From: a virus
Taxonomy: Duplodnaviria; Heunggongvirae; Uroviricota; Caudoviricetes
Virus record (IMG/VR): IMGVR_UViG_3300025073_000001
DNA length: 14,804 nt
Direction: 5' to 3' (one strand)
The position numbers and the translations under genes were made by a program. Shown here piece after piece: positions 7,872 through 14,677 of this stretch. Numbering within the stretch: the first letter of the stretch is position 1; the number at the start of each line of letters is the position of its first letter. The notes beneath the pieces are model-generated. The model was not told the DNA's origin. It saw nothing but the letters and a program-made list of their open reading frames with translations, and did not search any database.

Positions 7872-8618
7872 TCAAAATTTTAGAAATTCAAATGTTTTCT
7901 TCATCCAAGCATTAGATTGATCGGGGCTGTTTGGAATTGCATTAAAATGGTAAATTCCGGGAATTTTTGTAAACAAGAACCTATTGTCAAGAACTCCTTT
8001 TCTAGATAAATCCTGCATATTATAACGATATGAAAGAATTTTAACTTCCAATTCAATTTCGTTGGTTAAAAGATTCACGAGCGGCTGATCTGTTCCCGAT
8101 CCGTACTTTTTTTGAGTTGCTAAAACTTTTTCCTGATTGTCCCAATAGAATTTCAACAAAGTTTCATGGACGAATTCAAACGATTTATTTGTCACCATGA
8201 ATCCTGAATTGATATATTTCCAGATGTTGAACTTTTTAGTAAATATTTCAGGGAATTCAAACTGGTAATTTTCAATTGAACGAATAATCCAATCATAGTC
8301 GCCATCGTTGTGAACACCGCAGAATTGATTTTCGGTTAATTCAAAAAAGTTAGGACAATTAGGATGAATAATCGTATCGGCATCTACCGTACAAATCTGT
8401 TCAGTCGTAATATCTGGCAAAAGTTGCGGCCAATAGTGACGGTAATAAATTGGCGACATTGCTGATAAATCCATCAAAGGTTCATCTAAGACGAACAATT
8501 CGCAATTATTTTTTTCACACCAAACTTTCCACGAATGGATTGAAAGGTCGTAAGCATCAGTCCTTCCCGGTTTAGCAGGATTCTTGATGTTGGTGATAAA
8601 GACAATATTTTTTTTCAT
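7872..8618 (-). CDS. GT8-like (GT-A) glycosyltransferase, copy B (248 aa)
   Basis: CTVDADTII (DxD), YINSGFMV (NxG), GTDQPLVN (DQxxLN), YNMQ and YHFN, all hallmark GT8-type motifs. Confidence 0.85.
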   Translation of the reverse strand: MKKNIVFITNIKNPAKPGRTDAYDLSIHSWKVWCEKNNCELFVLDEPLMDLSAMSPIYYRHYWPQLLPDITTEQICTVDADTIIHPNCPNFFELTENQFCGVHNDGDYDWIIRSIENYQFEFPEIFTKKFNIWKYINSGFMVTNKSFEFVHETLLKFYWDNQEKVLATQKKYGSGTDQPLVNLLTNEIELEVKILSYRYNMQDLSRKGVLDNRFLFTKIPGIYHFNAIPNSPDQSNAWMKKTFEFLKF

Positions 8619-9022
8619 CTAATTCGATTTTCTTCTGTTTCAGTTACTTCAATTTCCAAATCCGACCAATATTCAAATACTGGATAGACACTCCGGTAAA
8701 TTCTCCTCTCTCCGGCCCAATGAGCAGGTTCAACGATTAATTCAGAATCAACTAATCCTCCTTTTTTGGATTTTGCATTTTCTTCAGAGTCATCTGACCA
8801 TTCCCCACAAAGATGGAACATTCCAGTCAAATTTCTATCATCGACTGATTTGACAGTTGCTAAATATTGTGGAGAATGATAATAACCATCTGTAAATGAA
8901 TATCGTTGATTTGTCTTTTCTCCGACATATTCATTTTCTCCAATGAAACATTTTTCACTGACTCCGAATGAATTTTTCTTCCAAACAGTTACTAATTTAT
9001 ATTCTTCAATTAATTTATTCAT
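8615..9022 (-). CDS. Hypothetical protein (135 aa)
   Basis: ATGA overlap with the GT gene; no family recognised. Confidence 0.7.
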   Translation of the reverse strand: MNKLIEEYKLVTVWKKNSFGVSEKCFIGENEYVGEKTNQRYSFTDGYYHSPQYLATVKSVDDRNLTGMFHLCGEWSDDSEENAKSKKGGLVDSELIVEPAHWAGERRIYRSVYPVFEYWSDLEIEVTETEENRIR

Positions 9023-9236
9023 AAGAATATTCCGATTTTATAATTTCTGAGTTTCCAACCTTTAATGCAATGGCCCTTGCTAAATCTGAATATCCCTTGA
9101 AATCTCCATATTCATTAATTCCGTGACAGCCAGGGTGAAAATCCCAATAATTTCCTGACATGACTATTTTTCCATTTAAGGAAACTTGTGCCATTTCACA
9201 GGATTTGTCAATTTTTATTTCTATGATGTTTTTCAT
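9015..9236 (-). CDS. Hypothetical protein (73 aa)
   Basis: Overlaps both neighbours; MSGNYWDFHPG segment; no family recognised. Confidence 0.65.
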   Translation of the reverse strand: MKNIIEIKIDKSCEMAQVSLNGKIVMSGNYWDFHPGCHGINEYGDFKGYSDLARAIALKVGNSEIIKSEYSYE

Positions 9237-9592
9237 TTTAATTGATAATTTTCAACTATTTCAATATTGTTTGAATAATGACGCAATGTTGCCCAATCTC
9301 GATTGAATGGTCCAGATGAATCTTCTTTTCTATCAATTGCCAAGTATTCTGAATAATGAGGATTAGTTTGGCTTGACTTATAATCAAAAGTTAAATCACC
9401 TCGTTTCCAAGTCAATAAAGTGTGAAATGTTTCTTCAGGTTCAAATATTTCAACCAATCTCAACGATGCTCCTTCCCAATCGTTAAATTGAACGAAGTAG
9501 ATTCCATCGTATTGAACTTCTTCTTCGTACATTTTGAACTTGATCCTGAGAAAGGAACAGTCTTGGATTTCTTTTCCGTTTTTATCTTTCAT
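9233..9592 (-). CDS. Hypothetical protein, weakly YopX C-terminal-like (119 aa)
   Basis: Begins MKDKNGKEI and ends NIEIVEN, echoing YopX 'DKNGKEIYEGD...EVIGN'; the middle is divergent. Confidence 0.45.
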   Translation of the reverse strand: MKDKNGKEIQDCSFLRIKFKMYEEEVQYDGIYFVQFNDWEGASLRLVEIFEPEETFHTLLTWKRGDLTFDYKSSQTNPHYSEYLAIDRKEDSSGPFNRDWATLRHYSNNIEIVENYQLK

Positions 9593-9783
9593 AAATTTAC
9601 AAATGATTGATTTGAAATTGGTTTTCCATATTTTTCAACATCTTTCTGACATCTGAATATAATTTCTTCAATGGAAACATCCGAATCAGGAATGAATAAA
9701 ACTGATGCTTTCCCTTCACTGATATCATCATATTTGATAAATTTTCCGCAAACATCACATTTAACGTCATATTTATTCTTCAT
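9589..9783 (-). CDS. Small CxxC protein (64 aa; start revised to ATG 9783)
   Basis: MKNKYDVKCDVCGKFI...IFRCQK; ATG at 9783 gives an ATGA overlap with the upstream stop at 9780-9782. Confidence 0.6.
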   Translation of the reverse strand: MKNKYDVKCDVCGKFIKYDDISEGKASVLFIPDSDVSIEEIIFRCQKDVEKYGKPISNQSFVNL

Positions 9784-10052
9784 GTCCATAATACAATGCA
9801 AGGTTTTAAATGTGGATAATCTTTAATGCTTTCTTCAAACTCTTCAAAATTTTCGTAATCATCCTCATTATATGAACATAATTCATTTGAAGGTTGATCA
9901 AAGTATTGTGAACAAATATGATTATCGTCATTTGATAATTCATAGAATTCTTTGAATCCGTTTCCTTCTTCATCTTTGGAAATGACAACGATCCATTCAT
10001 CTTGCGATTCTGGAATGTCATTGACTAACTGTTTAAATTCTTTTACTGTCAT
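9780..10052 (-). CDS. Acidic phage hypothetical protein (90 aa)
   Basis: MTVKEFKQLVNDIP...VVISKDEEGNGF...CIVLW, a common small phage protein pattern; ATGA overlaps. Confidence 0.7.
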   Translation of the reverse strand: MTVKEFKQLVNDIPESQDEWIVVISKDEEGNGFKEFYELSNDDNHICSQYFDQPSNELCSYNEDDYENFEEFEESIKDYPHLKPCIVLWT

Positions 10053-10312
10053 AATATTTCAAATTCACAGAAGTCTTTGTAGAATATTTTTAGAATATGA
10101 ACCTTTTGCTCAATTGTCATCTTTGGTAATTTATCTTCAAATGACAAACTATTTACATGATTAGTTATCAATGGAAGAAAATCATTATTATCCAAAGGAT
10201 TCCAACCATCGCCATTTAAATATATTTCAATTCTTGGAGCATAAGTTTTCGTGTCAAAGATTACTTTCTTAACCTTTTGAACTTTTGTTATTTCGTATCC
10301 AAATATTTTCAT
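10049..10312 (-). CDS. Hypothetical protein (87 aa)
   Basis: Coupled to the downstream ORF; no family recognised. Confidence 0.65.
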   Translation of the reverse strand: MKIFGYEITKVQKVKKVIFDTKTYAPRIEIYLNGDGWNPLDNNDFLPLITNHVNSLSFEDKLPKMTIEQKVHILKIFYKDFCEFEIL

Positions 10313-10316
10313 CGTT

Positions 10317-10574
10317 TCAACAATTTTCGTCTATTTGTAAATCATATCCAACTGGTTCACCTAATGTTTCTTCCAGTCTTCGTTTGAAGTCATCAAATGC
10401 AAATCGCTTTGCAAGATTTAAAGATTGACTTGACCAAGCATCATGTTGGAATGTTACCATCCAGTCATCATCTCTTCGCTCAATGAAATAATAACCAAAT
10501 GTAGTTTTGGTTGAAAACAATTCAAACTCATCAACACCAATCTGAGTCCAAACAAACGGTTTAATCTTTACCAT
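10317..10574 (-). CDS. Hypothetical protein (85 aa)
   Basis: Co-directional, 4-nt gap to the next ORF; no family recognised. Confidence 0.65.
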   Translation of the reverse strand: MVKIKPFVWTQIGVDEFELFSTKTTFGYYFIERRDDDWMVTFQHDAWSSQSLNLAKRFAFDDFKRRLEETLGEPVGYDLQIDENC

Positions 10575-10611
10575 CGTTTATTGATACTTTAAATGTGTGA
10601 ACGTAACCATG

Positions 10612-10914
10612 TTAATTTTCATCTTTTAATTCTTCTGGAAGTGGTGAATTTAGAATAGAATCTTTGTCAACGATATCAGAACCATCCCAAGATCCATCTC
10701 CAATATATTCAAATTTAAGTTCTGCTTCTTCTGAGCAAATCTCCCGTTGCTTTTGACACATAACTTTGGAATATTCCTTCATGATTAAAAATAATTCATC
10801 TAAATCGCAGTCATTAATATCATCATATAAACATTCAGCAATTAATGAATCATGACATTGCTGATCTGTGTCAATTATTTCAAAATATTGAATTAAAAAT
10901 TCTTGTGGTGTCAT
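10612..10914 (-). CDS. Acidic hypothetical protein (100 aa)
   Basis: ATGA overlap with the oxidoreductase; KEYSKVMCQKQREICSEEA segment; no family assigned. Confidence 0.7.
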   Translation of the reverse strand: MTPQEFLIQYFEIIDTDQQCHDSLIAECLYDDINDCDLDELFLIMKEYSKVMCQKQREICSEEAELKFEYIGDGSWDGSDIVDKDSILNSPLPEELKDEN

Positions 10915-11993
10915 ATTATTTCTTTTAATTGATTTGCAATTTGTACTGATGTTCCTATCTTTCCACTGAAAATGGAATATAATTGGTCTGAGTGCTTTGT
11001 GATGTAACTCGGTCTTCCGTCATCATGATCTCTATTCGGCAAAACTGTTCTAATTGTGAACATTGAACCGTGATAGTGAACTCCTCCTATTAATTTACTT
11101 GAACCTTTACTTGATTCGGGAATAACTGGAGTTGAATCAAACTTGAAGAATTCTGAACAACCATTCAAAATGAAAGGGAATCTGGATAAACTTGATTTAC
11201 AAGAACCAATGTTCAAAATGTCTGAATAACCTGCCGGAATCTTGTATTTCTTTCCAAATTGTCTGTCGTGAATGGCTTCCTTAACATGACCCAGAACGTG
11301 AAAATATTTACTGAATCCTAATGGATCAATGCAGCAAAATTCTCCATCCATAATTACCACACCAGTATTCTGCCATTCTTTTCCAACCGATACAATTGGT
11401 TTTTCACACAACTCGAACTGATATTCAAGTTGATTCTCCTCATCTAAAATATCATTGAGGTTAGCATAAGTTGCATTGATGACCAAATCATATTTCTTCA
11501 AGTCCCTTTTCTTAAAAATAGAATTAGTTTTTAATTCAATCCTATTTTCCTTGAGTCTCTTGATTAATTCAAGATAAAGTTCGGCCGAATCAAAACTATT
11601 TTCTTCAACTTTGACAACCAAATCAAGTTTGTTATAAAACAAAGGTAAGTTATTTTCTTCAACTTTCCAATATTTTAACTGATTATTTTCAAGAAAGTTC
11701 AAGTATTCATTTGAACTCACCTTCGATCCTTCTTTAGCAATCGCGTAATATCTCGAACCTTTAACGATGCACGATGAAAATTCAGATTCAAATTCAACAG
11801 TGGATTGAATCATTTCACTGCTTCTTGGATAGTGATATCCTTTGTGCAAACGATATTGATTAATTCCAGATGCACTTGAAAGAATTGAAGTTCCCTTCTC
11901 AAATATTTCAATCTTGGCTTTTTGAAATTTCTCCCTCAACTTTAAGGCCGAATTTATTCCAAAAATTCCTGCTCCAATTATTGCTATTTTCAA
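10911..11993 (-). CDS. FAD-dependent oxidoreductase (DAO-like, 360 aa)
   Basis: KIAIIGAGIFG (Rossmann GxGxxG), IEIFEK (acidic residue ending beta-2), ASGINQYRLHKGYHYPRS, VINATYA, VIMDGEF and C-terminal SGKI. TTG start. Confidence 0.9.
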   Translation of the reverse strand: MKIAIIGAGIFGINSALKLREKFQKAKIEIFEKGTSILSSASGINQYRLHKGYHYPRSSEMIQSTVEFESEFSSCIVKGSRYYAIAKEGSKVSSNEYLNFLENNQLKYWKVEENNLPLFYNKLDLVVKVEENSFDSAELYLELIKRLKENRIELKTNSIFKKRDLKKYDLVINATYANLNDILDEENQLEYQFELCEKPIVSVGKEWQNTGVVIMDGEFCCIDPLGFSKYFHVLGHVKEAIHDRQFGKKYKIPAGYSDILNIGSCKSSLSRFPFILNGCSEFFKFDSTPVIPESSKGSSKLIGGVHYHGSMFTIRTVLPNRDHDDGRPSYITKHSDQLYSIFSGKIGTSVQIANQLKEII

Positions 11994-12062
11994 TTCTAAC
12001 GCCTTCTTTTTCTTTTAATGTAGTTGTGGTTAACTTGGCGGAGATAGTCGCGTAGAGCCCGA

Positions 12063-12518
12063 TTATTTTAATTCTGCGGACAATTCAGTCAAGATTTTAC
12101 CAATTAGATTTTCTCCCCAATTGCTAATATTATCAAGTGCCGATTTTTCATCGTATCCAATTCCCCAAATTCGATCAAAAGGACTTGCTTCAACAAATTG
12201 ACAATCCTTATAAGAAAGCAACTGATGAAGTAAATCAACATTCTGAACAAATTTACATCTCAGTATTTCTTTAACCTTTTCGTATTTAACTTCATCCCAA
12301 GTCTTAGAATCAAAGTTTTTAACCCTTCTACCAATTGCCTTCTGATCCCTCGGCGACATCGCCCAAAGAATTTCTTTGCCAGTTTTTAAATCATTAAATG
12401 TGATGGCCTTTTCATACATCATTGCTTGTTCAGCACAATTGAAGACGATTCCAAGATATTCAAAGTTACTAAGATGCCAATTTGAAAATGGCCCGCTCCA
12501 GAAAAATTTATATTTCAT
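12063..12518 (-). CDS. NADAR (YbiA-like) N-glycosidase / ADP-ribosylhydrolase (151 aa)
   Basis: FFWSGPFSNW, AEQAMMYEKA, KAIGRRVKNFD, KFVQN, FVEASPFDRIWGIG and GENLIGKIL form the full NADAR motif set. Confidence 0.93.
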   Translation of the reverse strand: MKYKFFWSGPFSNWHLSNFEYLGIVFNCAEQAMMYEKAITFNDLKTGKEILWAMSPRDQKAIGRRVKNFDSKTWDEVKYEKVKEILRCKFVQNVDLLHQLLSYKDCQFVEASPFDRIWGIGYDEKSALDNISNWGENLIGKILTELSAELK

Positions 12519-12520
12519 TT

Positions 12521-12787
12521 TTAAAATTTAGTTATTTCAGTTGTTGGAGGTAAATCTTCCTTCAACCTACGATGAAAAGATTCTTCTCCGTCATCACAAG
12601 ATAAAAGATAATCAATCCGTTCCAAGTAAATTCTAGCAGTTTTGATGAAATCTAATCCGATTTCAAATTCAGAAATGGTTTCAATTGAAAATTCGTTAGG
12701 ATTTTCTTCAATGTTCCGTTGAATTTCATCAATTGCTTGATCCCATTCATATCTCCGTTGCAAGTATTCAAATGCTCCTCCTAACAT
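12521..12787 (-). CDS. Phage hypothetical protein (88 aa)
   Basis: GGAFEY...RIDYLLSCDDGEESFHRRLKEDL resembles a recurrent phage family (MSGGxFxY...IDWLLSGDDGE); function unknown. Confidence 0.65.
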   Translation of the reverse strand: MLGGAFEYLQRRYEWDQAIDEIQRNIEENPNEFSIETISEFEIGLDFIKTARIYLERIDYLLSCDDGEESFHRRLKEDLPPTTEITKF

Positions 12788-12788
12788 A

Positions 12789-13070
12789 TTACTTCGCCAT
12801 TATAATTGTTTCTAAAGAAGTTACACCTTGATTAGATGCGGTTGCGATTCCAGAACTTATTCCTTGGAATTTATATCCAAAATAACTCAAAGTGTTCATT
12901 GCTTCTTGAATCGAACCACATTCTACTCTTTTTTGATACTCATTACTCCAATAACTCACCTTCATGTTATAATTGACAATTGTCACATATTCAACTGGAG
13001 GTTTCTGCCAACTAACAAACGCAACGATTAAAAGAATTGCTGCGATTGAAATTAGAATGTTCTTTTTCAT
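12789..13070 (-). CDS. Signal-peptide/anchor-bearing protein, weakly DUF4177-like (93 aa)
   Basis: MKKNILISIAAILLIVAFVS signal; SIQEAMNTLSYFGYKFQG resembles the DUF4177 'LNxLGxxGWELV' core. Confidence 0.55.
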   Translation of the reverse strand: MKKNILISIAAILLIVAFVSWQKPPVEYVTIVNYNMKVSYWSNEYQKRVECGSIQEAMNTLSYFGYKFQGISSGIATASNQGVTSLETIIMAK

Positions 13071-13073
13071 AGT

Positions 13074-13169
13074 TTATGGAAGTTTTGGTTTAATATATTT
13101 TTGAAAGATGAATTGAACAATCACAACTGTCAAACCAATTGTAACTCCACAAATAATTGCTTGTTGCAT
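13074..13169 (-). CDS. Single-pass membrane peptide (31 aa), absent from the ORF track
   Basis: Hand translation: MQQAIICGVTIGLTVVIVQFIFQKYIKPKLP*. ATG 1 nt after the GT stop and TAA 3 nt before the next ATG; hydrophobic helix followed by a Lys-rich tail. Confidence 0.7.
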   Translation of the reverse strand: MQQAIICGVTIGLTVVIVQFIFQKYIKPKLP

Positions 13170-13170
13170 T

Positions 13171-13938
13171 TTATCGATATTGATTTTGAATGAATTCCCA
13201 CGTTGATTTCATCACATTTATGCGATCTTCAATTGGGAATCCGGTGAAATGCCAAATATAGGCGTAATTCAGGAAATATGGTGATTTATTTGCATTCAAC
13301 TGCCAATTATGGGCGAACATATTTTTCTTATGAATTGAAATTAGATTCCAACTTGGATCTAATAATTCAATTTCAACGTTTGACCTTTGTAAGAAAAAGT
13401 TCAGCAATGTCTGTTCTTTTCCTCCTCCATCAATTTCGTTAATTCTTCCTTCATTGGCTATGACAAAGTAAAGGAATTTATGGAAGATATCCAAATATTT
13501 TTTTCCAAAGAATAGAACACCTGTATTCAAGTATTTAAAAATATCAATGGTTGTGTCTGGAAAGAACTTTTGTCTCTGTTCAATTGATGACATGAGCCAA
13601 TTCAAATCGCATAAATCATTGACTCCGTAGAATTTATCTTCTTCTATGAATTCAAAAATATTAGGAGCGTCCCAACGAATCATCGTGTCTGAATCAACAA
13701 CTCCTATTTTATCATATCCCTTTCCGTACTCATATATTAAAGATTTATTCCAAATAGGAAACTTCATTTTGAGTTCATCTTCCTGCAAAACCTTTAAATC
13801 CACGTTGTTCTTAGCACACCAATATTCCCAAGTCTTAATTGAGTATTGTGCGTAATCATGATTCTGAATCTGCCTGTTAGGATCGTTAATGCAGATTATG
13901 AATACGAGTCGTTTTTCTTTTAAATTATTTTTTAGCAT
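13171..13938 (-). CDS. GT8-like (GT-A) glycosyltransferase, copy A (255 aa)
   Basis: GVVDSDTMI (DxD), YLNTGVLFF, KEQTLLN, SWN and IWHFTG. Confidence 0.85.
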   Translation of the reverse strand: MLKNNLKEKRLVFIICINDPNRQIQNHDYAQYSIKTWEYWCAKNNVDLKVLQEDELKMKFPIWNKSLIYEYGKGYDKIGVVDSDTMIRWDAPNIFEFIEEDKFYGVNDLCDLNWLMSSIEQRQKFFPDTTIDIFKYLNTGVLFFGKKYLDIFHKFLYFVIANEGRINEIDGGGKEQTLLNFFLQRSNVEIELLDPSWNLISIHKKNMFAHNWQLNANKSPYFLNYAYIWHFTGFPIEDRINVMKSTWEFIQNQYR

Positions 13939-14677
13939 TTGTCCAAGTTTTCCACATTTCTAAGTTAGAGTTAACTCTATTTGATATTGCTCCTTTACTT
14001 AAATTCAATGCCCTTGAGGCAGATGCCAAACTTTCATAAAACACATCATCAATTATCACAGACCTCTTAGAACTTGAAGTGGTTTTCATTCGTTCTCGAG
14101 TTTCAACTGAATGTTTTCTACCTTTTCTAGATTGACTTCTTTTCTGTCGAGTTTCTTCGGAGACAATATGATTTTTATAAGATTCTCGCCATTTCTGAAT
14201 ATTTTCTTCAGACCTCTTTTTTCCGAACATTCCATGATTTTCTCCAAAACAAACTCCCTTACTATTTTCACTCATGAGTCGTTTTGACTCTTCTGTATGT
14301 TTTAATCCAAGTCTTCCGTTTCTAATACGTTCCTTTGCGTCATCAGTATGATGCCATCCTTGACCTCCTTCACCTCCTGTTCTAAGGTTGTAACACATTG
14401 GATCATCAATTAATTCAATTGTAACAACTGAACGTTCATGCTCACAAACCAATTGTCTAGTTGGATAGTTTGCGATTATTTCTTTAGTAAAATTTTCTTT
14501 ACCATATTTTTCAATTGCTGCTTTAATCAATTTTCCGGAGCCCATATATGTGAAATCGTTTTCTGGACATAAACTTGTTGTCCTAATTCCAAAGTAGAAC
14601 TTTCCATTGATTAAATTTGTAATCTTGTAAAAATAATGATTTCTAAATTCATTCTGTTCTTGGTTTTGTTGATTCAC
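13925..14677 (-). mobile_element. Free-standing GIY-YIG homing endonuclease (Seg-like) with NUMOD3 repeats and a C-terminal NUMOD1-like HTH (250 aa)
   Basis: YFYKITNLINGKFYFG (GIY-YIG variant), YMGSGKLIKAAIEKYGKENF, catalytic-type EHE and YNL. Five NUMOD3-like repeats (HHTDDAKERI, KHTEESKRLMS, KRSEENIQKW, VSEETRQKRS, KHSVETRERMK). C-terminal YESLASASRALNLSKGAISNR. GTG start with GAGGA 6 nt upstream. Confidence 0.9.

Noticed and set aside
11994-12062. Possible tRNA, ncRNA or terminator in the GC-richer gap
   Set aside because: No cloverleaf or T-loop motif, and no strong stem followed by a U-tract on the transcribed strand; only a weak 3-4 bp stem.
677-13855. Plus-strand ORFs in the track (677-865, 1375-1602, 4284-4487, 5165-5353, 5930-6217, 7592-7783, 9422-9610, 9952-10164, 11870-12055, 12828-13031, 13646-13855)
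   Set aside because: All are short, lie antisense to better-supported minus-strand genes, and have the Phe/Ile/Ser-rich composition typical of shadow frames in AT-rich DNA.
6638-14271. Alternative-frame minus-strand ORFs 6638-6856, 9806-10021 and 14086-14271
   Set aside because: Each is nested inside a longer, better-supported ORF (peptidase, the 9780-10052 ORF, endonuclease) and has no recognisable motif or coupling signal.
13925-14677. Endonuclease as part of a group I intron
   Set aside because: It directly overlaps intact ORFs on both sides, leaving no room for intron core RNA, and no interrupted host gene is evident; it is treated as free-standing.
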